The notes under the pieces were generated by a model. It did not search any database and was not told the DNA's origin. It was given only the letters and a program-made list of their open reading frames with translations. A DNA stretch of 63,881 bases, counting the filler, from Phoronis australis (lineage: Eukaryota; Animalia; Phoronida), in assembly GCA_002633005.1 (NCBI GenBank). It is 5 parts of 5 records of this genome, joined end to end, with 100 filler letters (N's around TTAATTAATTAA, not from the genome) between each part and the next. Parts side by side here need not be neighbours in the genome. Positions count along the whole stretch, not along the records: positions 1 to 21,471 come from NMRA01000707.1; positions 21,572 to 49,167 come from NMRA01001254.1; 3 more parts are not named here. One strand, given 5' to 3'. The position numbers and the translations under genes were made by a program. Shown here in pieces: positions 13,543-27,100 of the stretch. The first letter of the stretch is position 1, and the number at the start of each line of letters is the position of its first letter.

Positions 13543-16500
13543 CAGCACACATCACGAAGTTTTGTCCTACCGGTCGGCTAGGAGTCGACCGGTCGTCTAA
13601 TTTTTAGTCGACTGGCAGCCGCCGCAGTGACGACTCATAAGGCGACCCCCCATCAGCCGACCTGCGAAATACACGGTCTTGTATGCCATAAACGCTCGGA
13701 CTTGGAAGGCTCTATCTTCGAAATCATATGGTTTCGATTTCCACGAACTTAGACAAAGACATCAAACACGGAATTACCACTGTTGAGGCTACAACCAAGT
13801 CTAGCTTTGTGCATTCCGTTTTCATGCATGGGTGACATTAAGAACTGTCCTAGTTATAGGTATCAGTTGGTGGTTCACGTTGTTTAAAAGAATATATATT
13901 TCCTGAAAACAAAATATTGACGAATAAAACAATATTGAACGGGAAGATGTGAATACGCAGTGGACAGATAATTGTTTCTACGCGGTACTTGCGCGTGAGT
14001 CCGTTTGGTAAAGCGATTACAAAGTCGAAAAAAAAATGAAAGAAAATACACCATGGTGCACGTTTTGAGAAGCAAAGCGTATAACGAGGTTTATGGCGCA
14101 TGACCTGGCCACTTTAGGCTGTACGTGACGCTGACTGACATCTGGCAATTGTGGCACCAAAATAAAAACATCATGCTGGTATGATTCCCCTTCTCCCCAA
14201 GTTCTGCACCTTTCAATGCGTTGACAAATGAGATTTGGTTCAGTTCCAGTAATAAACTCTCCTGTGCTCAGATGGGTATAGACTTACAATTTTTGAAACG
14301 GTGCTCAATCTTAAAAACTCCTAGCACCAGAGCGTCCTTTATCAGAAATGCCAATCACATGTAGCGTTGTAAGGGAAAGACGTTTGCGTTTCCGTAATGT
14401 GTGTCCACAAAGTGCTTTGAGCAGAGAGTACAAATTTGTTGATTTCGCTTTTCTCCCCGGAATACGGCCAACACGGTGTTTTGAAAAATTTCACTTTGGG
14501 GATCATTTTCTAAAATTGATATTTTTAGTTGGAGCATTCAGTAAGGGCCCACGTCTTGCATTAATTGTGCACGTGGGCAGAAAACGTGTATGCGTAAAGA
14601 AACTTTCGGAGTAGTGAGTTATCACGGCCCTTCATTAATCAACCGAGGCCAAGTACAAAGAATGTCTTCAAAATTTAGATATCAAAGTTTACGGCTTTCC
14701 TATTACAGTTCCACGGTCTAAATTATACGTTTATTGTAATATCGGTTGAATTATATGTAATAACACTGAATAGCACGTACGCGTACTATAAGCCATTTAC
14801 ATTTAAATCTGGTCACAATTCTTTTCCTGCTTTGAAAACAAAAAACAATTTTCATAATTTTCGAAAAGAACGTGAAATAAAACATTATTACTATAGAACA
14901 GATTATATATTTGAAAACGGCACGTTCGTTCATTGACCAACAAATGAAAGAACACGATGAAACAACTGCCACAGAACTACGTACAAGGGATGATAAGAGA
15001 GCATTTAAAGCTTCATGTCTCCAAATACAGTATTAGGCAAGCACATTACATCATACCTCGTCTCAATAAAATTTGTTGTCAATCATGGTAGAAAAATATT
15101 TGTATCATTGCCAAAAGGAGTTAACAAAAGCGGTCAGTGTCTGTAACTGTTGTGTCTATATTGTTGATGAATAAACGGCGGTCGAAATCAATTTTCATAA
15201 CATTGATTTATACCAAAGGTTTAAAGTCGCGCCCCCTTTGCATTTTGACTTGCGCTGATATCCACCGGAATCGATACAATAAACTTATACAAGTTGTATT
15301 TTAACCTGTGTCCAGAGTGTTCTTTTTTTGAATAACTGGGTTAATCATTTTTACGCTCTACATGAAAACACAGACTACCTGGGAACGTTTCTTCAGGATT
15401 ACATGTACATGTACCGAGTTACTCCGAAGATTTTATTTTCAGAGTTGTACCCTATTGAGTAGATGCGAAACGCAAAGTATGGTATTCTTATTCCAAAAGG
15501 CTCAGAAAGTTCTAGCCTTGGGGCGAAGCTAAATTAAATATAATACGACTGTGCTGATCTGGGGAAAAACTGACCAAATACAATCTTAGTCCTTGTGTAA
15601 TCTAAATTATTTACCGGCGTTGCAACAATTCATTTCTACCGTTTTTCTGCTGCTAAAATTGCGGTGATATCGTTTGTGCCGGCTTTCGGCGCAATGAAGT
15701 ATTGCATCACTTATTAGCCAGTTTCTTTTCCCAAGATTCTTCAATTAAATGTTCTCCCTCGAAGTTGCGCAAACGTCAGCGATATGATCAGATTTGGTTT
15801 CACTTCATTATAAGTTTTTAGAATTTTGATATCATTAAACCCAATTTTAGAACAATTTCTTTCGGCGATGTTGTCATCACCTCCTGGTAGACCTCGAAAA
15901 AAACTCTGAAATTGGTGAGTGTCACAAATGTAATCGTTTCAAAACGACGACTTACCTTTCTTTGTTACAAAAGGTGGAGTCTTACAGAATAAAACGAGAG
16001 CGCTCGGAGGAGCGACACTTGGCGAAATTACGCGAGAACAGGACGACGGGGAGGACGACGACAACGATGATGACCATGAAGGCGGAGATTATGAACAACA
16101 CGATAACATTCATGTGACTAGCCAACAAAACAGTAGGAAAGAGCATGCAGTCTTGTTCACGCAACCGGTAAACTGGCAACAGTGCGAGAGCGCTCGGAGA
16201 AGCGACACTTGGCGAAATTACGCGAAAACAGGTCGACGGCGAGGACGTCGACGACGACGATGATGACGATGAAGGCGAAGGTTATGAACAACACGATAAC
16301 ATTCACGTGACTAGCGTTTAAAACACTACGGAACTGTACAGATTTCTGATTGGTTAATATACATGGCAAGGAAATCCCGGCACGCAAAACTATTTGCAGA
16401 AAACGCCAAATATGACATTTTTTCTCCCCGAAATAACCACTTCCCTCCAAGTGCTAGAAAAATCTGACTACAGATTCAGAATGCTCGTCCTCTCTCGATT

Positions 16501-19500
16501 TTAACTACCGTATGTGGTCATAGTAAGCCCCTTACCAGCTACTTTTTTGGCAAATTTAATCTGTCTGACAGCCACCAGAAATGACACCCGGTTTCTCAGA
16601 CGGCAGGCAATAGTGGTTGATAGCAAATGACAGCCACCAGTTTGCATCAAAAGTAGGTAAAAACTTGGCTTTTCTCGTTCAAAAACACAAGTAAATCAGT
16701 TTCCTGGCAATTGTTGTCAACAATTTACTCAAACCACCGGCCAAACCTGACACACGCCCTCAACATAAATTCTAGGCCCTAGAAAATGCTCCTTGGCGCG
16801 GCCTCTGGCCTAACTCTTCAGTGCTACATACAGTCTTGAGCGACACTAGGCAAATTTAACGACGATGATGATTGTGATGACGAAAGTGGCGATGATGAAC
16901 AACATCATAACATTCACATGACGCACTTAGATGTCATAAATCAGAAAGAAATAGGCTACACTCTTGTTCAATAGAAGCTTAACCAACATCAAAGCAGCAA
17001 GATCGCTCAACAAAGAAACAGAGCTATCAGAAAATCTCCAATAATTCAAAAAGTAGACGTCCTAGCCAAAAATGAAAGATATCATCTGAAAGCGCGTTTA
17101 AAACTCTATCTAAATTGATTGAATTTTTTCCGAAGTCGAGGTGCGCATGCGCGAGTGCCAATATTTACACCATCTTTAAACGGAAGTAAGCAATTCCCGG
17201 TTTAGGTATAGAACACATACATGTACGGCCCATTAATTGTGCTGATTTGCAGCTATGTAAATAAAAATTGCAGCCTCCAGAAACCTTTTAATCTTAAATT
17301 GAAAACAAAATGACCGCCACAGCCGCCATCTTAGATCCGATTATGACGAAAAACAATAGGCTTCTAGTACTTCCAGAACTGCGTGTTATGTGTTAACTTC
17401 GTGATAATCTGAGGAAAATTCGACCTGTATAGTGCGAACACCGAAAAAAAAACTTGACGGAAGACCAAAATACTTGGCGAAATATATTTCACCAAGTGAA
17501 AAAGGAAAAAAATTGACGTCAGAGCAACATACTTGGCGAAATTTTTTTCGCGAAGTAAAGACAAACTTGATGGAAAGGCAACATACTTGGCGAAATAAAA
17601 TTTATTTCGCAAAGTAATGAAAGCTCTCCGAGGAGCGAAACTTGGCGAAATTAACCAAAAAATAACTTTAAAGATGACAAGAAATAACGACGACAGACAT
17701 TAAGACGAAGATGACAGCTATGATGACAATGGTGGCGATGGAGGACAATGCAAGTTATAATACCATTCAGATGACGAACCTAGAGGTCAGAAATCACTAA
17801 TATATAGGCTACAGTCTTGAGCGACAGTTGGCGAAACAAAATGGCCGCCACGTCCGCCATTTTGAATCCGATCATGACAAAAAACAGTAGGCCTCCAGGA
17901 CTTTCCGATCTACCCGTCGTGTGCGAATTTGGTGAGAATCAGAAGAAACTTGCAACCTGTAAATTGCAAACAAAAAAAAAACTTGACGACAGAGCAACAT
18001 ACTTGTCGCAACTCGAAGAATTCCGCCAAGTAAAAAACATTGTTGCAGAGCAACATACTTGGCGAAATAAATTTTGCCAAGTAATGAAAGCGCTCCGAGG
18101 AGCGAAACTTGGCGAAATGAACCAAGAAAACCACGTTAGAGATGACCAGAAAGACGACCACAAAGATGATCACGAAGATGCCAGCTATGACGACGATGGG
18201 GACGATTATGGACAATGCAAGTTCTGATATCATTCATATGACGATTATAGAGGTCAGAAGTCACTAAGAAATAGGCTACAGTGTTGTGCGACATTAACTG
18301 AAGTAAAGACGACGTCAGAGATGATGACGAAGATGACGAATATGATGATGGTGGTGGTGATGATGAACTTTATCATAATATTCATATGACGAACTTAGAT
18401 GCCATAAATCAATAAGAAATCGGCTACAGTCTAGTTCAATAGAAGATAAACCAACATCAATGCAGCGAGAGTGCTCAACTAAGGCACAGCGTTATCACAA
18501 AATCTCAAATAACACGAAAAGAAAACGTCCTAGCAAAACATGGAAAACATCTTCTGAAAGACCGTTCAAAACTCTAATTTGATAGCTTCACATAATTCCG
18601 TCAACTTTTCAAAAAAACTGAAATTTTGCGTTCTTTTAAATAAATTCGAATTCAAATAACTCGAAAACGGTCAGTCTGAGAAAAAAAGTCATTTGAAAGG
18701 GTATAATTCAACGAATATACATGCAACAACTCCCGTCATTCTCTTTTCCCGTTCAAAATGGCATTCGAGCACGACTGAAAATGGGTCAACATGGGCCAGA
18801 TCCGCCATCTTGAAAGCGACACCGGTTTTTCAGCTCCGAATAATAGCGTGTCAAAACACTAATACCTGAAAAACGTCGAAGCAATTGGTCCTATAATGCG
18901 CCCTCTACAGGAGAAACCGTTTTTCCCCAAATCGAGGTGTGCATGTGCAAGTGCCAATATTTATTTTGCCAAGTAAAAAACAAGTATAAAAACAAACTTT
19001 ATAAAAAAGCTACATACTTGTCGGAATTCGAAGTAATGACATAAGATATTTTTAGCTTAATCGGCTGTAACGGGCAAGGTTAGTGTCAATTGACTCCATG
19101 ATTATGCATGCCAACCCGCCTGTATTGAGCTCATGGTGACGGAAGTTTCACAACTAGGTGACTTGCGTAACTGTCCGGGCTGTGTGCAATTTCGAGGTCT
19201 GTCAGAACTCAATACACAGTGCCACCTTGCTGTATTTTGACGAAAGCCTTCGTACACCTAATTGGCTAGAGAGTAATTTTCTAACTTCGAAGGGATTTTA
19301 ACACCAAAAATGACAACCAATTCAGAATGATGATGAGTCATGGCTGATACTACGTGTATAACCAATCACTTTACTCCGTTTCCATGTGCCATGATCTTAA
19401 TATCTGCGCCATGTGCTAACCATTGTTTATGTTGCTCCTAAAATAAACTTTTGTTCTATTTGATGTACCAACATATTTAATTTAAAAAATTGTACAAAAT

Positions 19501-20185
19501 AAACAACAATAGTTTGTGTGAATGCGCAAGATAGAGCGTGATCAAGTGATGATAAAGTCCAATAACGGATGACTGCAAATGAGTTAAGCATTCCCCGGCA
19601 TGAAAACACTTGGGTCGTAAAATATCCATCGTTTTATTCTGATATTTTATGCAAATATTTTGTAACATTTCAAATTTCTTGGTTGTTTGTACTTTTTATG
19701 CATAATTTTGTAAGAAGTCTCATATCTAGAGTTCGAAATTATGTTTCCGAAATATGGTTTTACGTTTGATTTTCCCATGCCGTCAACAATTCAACATAAA
19801 TTTACGTTGGTTTAACTTCATGCAATCCGTAATGTATTTGTAGGTTGCTTCGACTTCACCACCTTTCAATAGTTAAACAAAAGTTCATAAACGGACATCA
19901 AAACCCGCGGAGTTGCCACTGGTGAAAGAACAGCAAACAGTTAAATGTTTGCTTGGCCAAACTTCACTTCCTCAATGGTAATTGCCGAGCAAGGACCCGA
20001 ATAATCCGAATTGGTCGTCTATGCTAGGCGACCAATTTGCCTACTCCATTGGCACTGCAGAAGCGACTCAGCAGACGGCTCATATCTCACCGTTGTTCGT
20101 TGGCTGCTGGTCCCCAGCTAGACGGTTGTCGACCGGTCTTCGACCAATTTCCGACCTGTCGGACAAAAATTCGTGATGTGTGCTG
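13543..20185. mobile_element. ~6.6-kb TIR DNA element with TA flanks and nested repeats; no intact transposase seen
   Basis: Left TA|cagcacacatcacgaagttttgtcc and right ggacaaaaattcgtgatgtgtgctg|TA match at 24 of 25 positions as inverted repeats; subterminal gtcgac/ccggtc motifs at both ends. Confidence 0.7.
15995..19030 (+). repeat. Complex degenerate tandem repeat/satellite (cttggcgaaa core, GAY-rich tracts)
   Basis: ~190-bp unit twice at 15995-16315; agagcaacatacttggcgaaa recurs at 17470-18120; 16860-17110 is duplicated at 18310-18575. Confidence 0.8.
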
Positions 20186-20479
20186 TAGCAAATGTGTTTT
20201 ATTAAAGGTTTAAGTTTTGTTACCTATAAAACTTATGTGATTACTGATCAGAGAAAACAACAAAAGTGACTTGAAAGATGAAAGTCGAATTTCTGACATT
20301 ATTTATGCAGAAATACCTAAACTTATGGGATAAAAGTGTTCAAATCAGCTACACATGAGTGGTAAAACCAAGGAGAAGACAAAACAGGGTAGGAAACGTG
20401 TGCCTACTAAGGACACTGAGGAACTAGGGAAATCATCTGATTTAAAATCACTGAAGCAGCCCCCCATGTAAGTCATTTA

Positions 20480-21000
20480 CACCAAGGAAAAATAGGTCAA
20501 CGACAAAGTGTCAAAGCTTTCACTGAAAGATGTACTCAAGGAAGCCTTGATGGGCGGTGAAATCTAATCTATGTTCAGAGGTCTACTGAAAGATCTGGTA
20601 GCACTCGAACCCAAATACCATCGTTCTTGCTACAAATGATTCACAAGACCACTGACAAAACAGAAGTCTGACGATAGTAAAAGCAGTGAAATGTTCGCAG
20701 ATGTATTTCAACAGTTTTGCTTTGAGTTTGTAGAGCAACAAAGAATCTGGCATGTGGAAATATTGCATCTGACTGTTAAAGTCACTCCTCGAGGAAACTT
20801 TGTCCAAAAGAGGTTGTAATGTATGTGTCTGAACTGGAATTGTGAAATCGAAATTACAGAGAATTTACACCATTCTACAACCCCTTAGTCGAAAGCGGAA
20901 TCAGAGTGATTTGTTGTTAAACAAATATTTGTTCTTGTGTAAATGCTGGAATAAAATATACTGAAACGTGAAACTGACAAAACTGCAGGAATGTCAAAGT
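20480..21000 (+). pseudogene. Internally deleted Academ-like transposase remnant
   Basis: DLVALEPKYHRSCYK at ~20592-20636 and a decayed Cys-rich finger CC*TNICSCVNAGIKYTET*N*QNCRN at ~20912-20992; both motifs recalled from AcademX transposases. Confidence 0.5.
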
Positions 21001-21180
21001 GAGTCAGATGATGAGTAACGGTGTGATGGACGTGTATCCCAGCTGGAGGAACTTGGAAAGACATCTTCTCAAAAAACAGAAACCAGACTAGTAACTGGCA
21101 CAGTGAGCCTGGTGTTTGTGAAACATTTTTCTACTTTCATATTTATGTCTCTCGTAATGGCTTTTTGTCTTGTTAAGTAC

Positions 21181-21471
21181 TAGTCCACGAGAGCACCAGC
21201 CATGAGCGGCAAGGTGGGGGTCAGCCGATTTTCACCAAATTTGGCACATAGGTAGTCCTATGGGATCTATAAACAGCGGTAAAATATTTTCTCAAAATAT
21301 TGCGTTTTTCTAAAGTTATAGGCTCAAACACATTTTACGGTTTCGCAGCCATGTTTTCACGGTATAAAAACTGTCCAAGTTTAACTGTTCATATTTTTCC
21401 TTGAATGAAAGCTGTTGATTTATTATTCACTTGGCATTGTTTAGTGGTGCCTGTAGATTGTTACACAGATG
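21181..21471 (+). mobile_element. Left end of a probable Academ-like TIR element, cut by the contig end
   Basis: Begins TAGTCC... and contains ccgattttcaccaaatttggcaca, a typical subterminal motif; no partner end visible. Confidence 0.35.
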
Positions 21472-21571
21472 NNNNNNNNNNNNNNNNNNNNNNNNNNNNN
21501 NNNNNNNNNNNNNNNTTAATTAATTAANNNNNNNNNNNNNNNNNNNNNNNNNNNNNNNNNNNNNNNNNNNN
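21472..21571. other. Artificial contig spacer N44-TTAATTAATTAA-N44
   Basis: Identical 100-bp structure at four places; the 12-mer gives stops in all six frames. Confidence 0.95.
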
Positions 21572-22913
21572 ACCCCCGTATTAGCAGGCAAATAGTATCC
21601 TGAAGCAGTGTGTATAATATTCACAAAATCAATTCATATATTGCACCATGATTCAACAGGGAAAGCATGCTACAACTTGAGAATATTTTACTCTTTTCAA
21701 AGTACTTTCATAGTGCACATTTTGTCTGTCCAACAGTCATTAGCAAATGTCAGCCTTATGTTGGGACATTTTGTTTCAAACCACGACTAACAATATTAGG
21801 TGATGAGAGCCTCTGAGAGCAGTTTGAAGATTGATACAAACCTGGTGGTTACAAATCTACAACATTGTACAAACAGTTACTTGTTTAGAAATTAGTGGAA
21901 TATCAGAAAGACATATTTTGGACTTACAAATAGTCAGTGTTCCTTAACTACTTATTCAGCACAAAGCAAAGCAATTGTAGTCAAAACACATTTGGTCACA
22001 GGACAGAACTTAACAGCAAACCTTCATTAATTTGAAATACAACGTTATTTCGTTTTCCAAGTCTGTCAAACAGCTTTCAAAACTAAGACAAACTAAGATA
22101 TTATTGGCCGTCGCAGTTGCGTGCTCGATTGGAAAGTATTAACTTAGTAGTAACACCCAGCAAAATCATCAAATTAATTATTAATAATTACTGCTCATAT
22201 CCTTCATATCTTGAAGTGCCAATGATCTTGGCGTGTTGACTTATTCTGACAAAGAAAACTGACCAGCATTGTTAAAAAGATATAGGCATGTTTGATAAGC
22301 GAGTTTAGTGAATAGTATAGAGAAAGCAATAATATCTAAAAATAAAACACTAAGTTGTTACTTAGCAACCACTAGTTTCTGACAACAAAAATTAAGAAAA
22401 CTGACATTGCATACAAACACAATAACAATCATAAGATTACGTAGGACCTTATTCACAAGTCTGATGCGTATTTAGACAAATACACAAAAACTGCAGACTT
22501 TAAAGAAAGTAATAAAAAAAATAAAAATGATCAAAATGTGATCTCAAAATGATGTTACACTTTTCTAAAACATTTTGTTTTCATTGCTCAACTGGGATTG
22601 AAAAGCCCACGTCACCTCGGCCCTCAGTTATCGATAGTACAGGTAGTAACATTCTGTTTCCTTATCCTCATCTAGTGATGGGAACAGTTGAGGTTTTGAA
22701 GGATATTAGGAAATTTGGCAAATAACCTTTGTCACACCCCCCCACCCCCCTCCCAAACTAAAGCTCCTAGTTCCACCACCGAAGCATGATATACTAACAA
22801 GCACGAAACATTGTCAAAACGACAAACAGATAACAAAACCTTCAACTATTCATCTGGGGCAATGCATATAAAGCAATAGCTCCACGGATAGAATTGAACC
22901 AAAACTTCGACTC

Positions 22914-24130
22914 CTAGGACTATAAGTTGGTGACAAGTGATACCATACTCCTTGCACTTGATAGACATTTCACTCATTTTGAATCACAATATTATTTTAG
23001 ACTAAAAGATATCTGAAAGTTTCATACAAATCCGATAAGCTCTTTGTAAGATACGATGTTCTGAAGTTAGCCAAGTTTGGAGTTTTTTTTTAGGGTCCCG
23101 CATAACCTTAATATGGCTTGCGCTCAGTGAGGCTAGTATGGCCACACATCTAAGCCTGTGTTTTCCAAGTAAGCGTAAAGCAACTTTAGAATAAGCCTAC
23201 ACAAGCCAAATGGTGACCACTGAAAAAATGACGAATTACGAAAGTAAACAGTAATTCCCACAATGCTTGCTACTTCCGGTACCTCATTTAGGAACACACT
23301 AGTAGCATGTCACAAATTGTTAGCGTTACTGAACACACCCTTGGTTAGACATTTAATAAAACAGGACGCAAGTCAAGGTAAACAGGGTAACTCACGGCAT
23401 AGAGGCGAGACCAGGTGTAAGAGAGTTGCGCTTGTTAGATGGACGCGTCTTGTCTGCCAATTCAAACCATGGGTCGCGAACCTCGCCCAGTCTGGCTTTC
23501 AAAAAACTTTGGAAAANCTAGGACTATAAGTTGGTGACAAGTGATACCAGACTCCTTGTACTTGATAGACATTTCATTCATTTTGAGTCACAATATTATT
23601 TTAGACTAACAGATATCTGAAAGTTTCATACAAATCCGATAAGCTCTTTGTAAGATACGATGTTCTGAAGTTAGCCAAGTTTGGAGTTTTTTTTTAGGGT
23701 CCCGCATAACCTTAGTATGGCTTGCGCTCAGTGAGGCTAGTATCTTGTGAGTATGGCCACACATCTAAGCCTGTGTTTTCCAAGTAAGCGTAAAGCAACT
23801 TTAGAAAAAGCCTACACAAGCCAAATGGTGACCACTGAAAAAATGACGAATTACGAAAGTAAACAGTAATTCCCACAATGCTTGCTACTTCCGGTACCTC
23901 ATTTAGGAACACACTAGTAGCATGTCACAAATTGTTAGCGTTACTGAACACACCCTTGGTTAGACATTTAATAAAACAGGACGCAAGTCAAGGTAAACAG
24001 GGTAACTCACGGCATAGAGGCGAGACCAGGTGTAAGAGAGTTGCGCTTGTTAGATGGACGCGTCTTGTCTGCCAATTCAAACCATGGGTCGCGAACCTCG
24101 CCCAGTCTGGCTTTCAAAAAACTTTGGAAA
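22914..24130. repeat. ~600-bp near-identical tandem duplication joined at a single N (23517), probably haplotype overlap
   Basis: 22914-23516 vs 23518-24130 differ by a few SNPs and one short indel. Confidence 0.8.
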
Positions 24131-24147
24131 ATCTCTGTCTGTATTAC
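24011..24147 (-). CDS. DENND3: DENND3-like exon 12 (partial duplicate at 23396-23516)
   Basis: VIQTEIFQSFLKARLGEVRDPWFELADK...|gtgag. Confidence 0.88.
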
Positions 24148-27100
24148 CTGAAACAGACAATTACTGCAATGGAGACTACAAGCCCGGGCCAGGTTTACAT
24201 CCAAAAAACTTTAAGGAAAATCCAAAGACTTCTTTTCATACATTTTAGATATCACAACGATGACCTTCTACTTTTTATAATAAATTGAAATAATTATTTA
24301 AGAGCCCCTTTTCAATTTCCAAAATTCCAATTATTTGGATAAAAGATAATAAAATTCATGAAGGGCTGTTACACAACAAGTACACATAAATTTTTATAAA
24401 CAAAATTAAAAAATATGTCTACTACAGTGTGTATAAGATTTACTGCATTCATCTAATTCTAGTATTTCTTCAGTTGGTCTGAGTGGTATGTGGTTCTGGT
24501 TTCTTTGTAAATACAACATGTCGTGATAAGTATGATGAAACTGCATCGTGCATTTTATCAGCATTAATTTTTAATTTTCTAATAAAACAGAAAAATTATA
24601 AATAAGGCAGAGCCGTGGTTTATATAACACTAGACGGTCATGCAGTCCTCCGTTTTGTTACCAGTTGCAGGACACTGTATGACAATGTGAGAATACAAAT
24701 AAATTCAGTTTGTCAACTACTGAGATGCCAAAAATGGACTCAAAAACAGTAACATGTCCACTAGGTGGCACAGAATATGCCAAATCTTTCTGACAGGAGA
24801 AATCCTATCCTTAATAGAAACCTATTCGCCAAATTTCACAAGAACCCAACAAGGAACTCTGAGCATACAGACTGAGGCAAACGTAAAAAAATTTCCACTA
24901 GGGGGCAGAGTGATAGTAGGATCGGACCGAATCTCATCATGTGTGACCTGCTTCATAGGAATACTTCTGCCAAATCTCATTAAGATCCTGCAAGGGGTTA
25001 GTAGATACAGCAGTGGATGGCAGATGCTGAGACAGAGATGAGGGCAATATGCACCTACACAACGTATATGCGGGTGCATCAAAACTTTGGATCACTCATT
25101 ACGTCAGGGTCACTCATGACGTTGGGGTCACTCATTACGTTGGGGTCACTCATTACCTCTTTGTAAAACGGCAAATCTTCTGGATTCTGGCTTTCCAGAA
25201 ATTTTTGTTGATTAAACAAGTTTATCTCAGGCTTGATGTGATCCAGCACACAACTAAAATATTAAAGAATTATAATAAACACTAAACAACATTATCAATG
25301 CCATTATCAATATCATAACCATACACACAGTAAATTCAATTGATGGGAACTTGGTGCCTAGTTACTTTCTTGCATTTCACTGAAAAAATAAATTACTTCA
25401 TACACAAACTAGCATAACGACTAGGACAGCATAATTGGTTTAAGGAACTTGTGGTTTATATATTTTATTGTATAAGAAGTGAACACCACAATTTTTGCAG
25501 GGACATATATACACAAGACTTAACAACAGTATGCTGACAGCATATTGGTGACATCTGCAAGAGGGCCCTTTGACAATAATCTACTTTCTAACCTCTAAAA
25601 CCTAGAGAGCATTATGTTTGTTCATAGATAGTGATGACTTTACCAACAAAGTGAATTACCCGAACAAGTTAACCATCATTTCTAAGAATGCTGACGAAAT
25701 CTGATGGTTACATCTCTTCTGAAAGGCATTAACTCTTTGTCTGTGTTCATCAATATTGGATGCTGTAGGCCTGAAATGACATTATGCTACAAATTCACCC
25801 ACTGACCTGCTTTAAATAGATTAGTATTTATCACACCAATGACATAAAAACTTGCATTTTAAAAATGACAAAGTGATATCCCTTGGCTTACAATAACAAA
25901 CTACTCTTGGCTTCACCAGCTTTACACCACTGACAGTTTCCTGTCACTACATCCCATTGTTCTCCCCAAGGTTCTTGAACGTGGTGGGACAACATGCTCA
26001 AATTTTACCACCACATTCCAATTTTGAGCTACCATGCTCATTTTTTAACAATTGCCATATCAGTCGTGACAATACAGTGTTTTTAGTTGATCTCAACTTG
26101 TAAAACGTTGAGTCACTAACTGTCACATTCTCCAGAATCCGCTGCAGTCTGAATAATGACATTGTTATCAAAAATTTACCCACTACAATCTAAATGCGCA
26201 CAAAAATAACCCAAAACACAGGACACAGTGCTCTCCTCTTCAGTATTAAGCTGAGCATAGCGATTGACAGCTGAACATTGTGATTGACAGCATTCCACAG
26301 TACTCAAATATATTGCTGGTGAGAACACTGTGACCACAGACTATGACCCTTGTTAAAGGGACCACATTGCATGATAATTTCACATTAGCTTAAATATGAC
26401 CAAGAACCTTGGAGACACTTGGTTGTTTATAATACTATCACAAAGCAATGCTAGAGAGTGAACCCACTGAAGAGTAATTTGGCAACCAATGTGCAAAGTC
26501 AAGTTATGATTATTTGGAAAAGATGAACAGAAGCATAATTTTGCAATTTACAGAATGACCAAGTTAAAGAGCATGTGCCTAATATATATTCATTGATTTG
26601 GAATACCACCAGGACAAAGATTCACCTCATTATCAATTGTTGCTTACCGTCCCACGCTGAATGCTTCATAACTGAGAATGATGCTGTTGAAAGTCTGCTT
26701 AAACAGGTTGACAATATCCACAGGCAGATTGGGTTGTAACACCGTGTCATCCATGACCACTTCTCTGTTGTCGAAGTCAACAATCACCAGGCCCTCCACC
26801 TATACCCAAAAATATTTTATGTAATCACACAAAACTGACAAGACCAAAAGAGCAGAAGTGAACAATGATGCCATGCTCAAAAGATGAGTCACACTTTTAG
26901 TATGAAGTTCATTCAGAACTGCATAAACATTATCACTAACAATATTTGTCTTCCATGTTCTCATCCTCATAAATACGTCTTTCTACTGGTTAGTACTACT
27001 GAGAATAGCAAATTTTAACACTTATTAAGTCATTACAAGTTTTTCTCGTTCAGTGAGCTTCCAGACAACAGGGGGTGCTGAAAATCAGAGATCTCTGCCC

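Noticed and set aside
17460-18125. CRISPR-like periodic motif agagcaacatacttggcgaaa
   Set aside because: The repeats are degenerate, the 'spacers' resemble each other, the context is eukaryotic and no cas genes are present; it is a tandem repeat.
17817-18233. Asp-rich 136-aa ORF and hydrophobic antisense ORFs (also 15982-16450)
   Set aside because: By-products of GAY-rich repeat units; paralogous units contain stops.
21516-21527. TTAATTAATTAA palindrome as a biological site
   Set aside because: Always centred in an N spacer; an assembly linker.
21572-23390. Further DENND3 exons downstream of exon 12
   Set aside because: No phase-2 exon with convincing similarity was found before the contig end.
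23263-24288. Duplicated plus-strand ORFs MLATSGTSF...
   Set aside because: Antisense to DENND3 exon 12 and inside a probable haplotype duplication.
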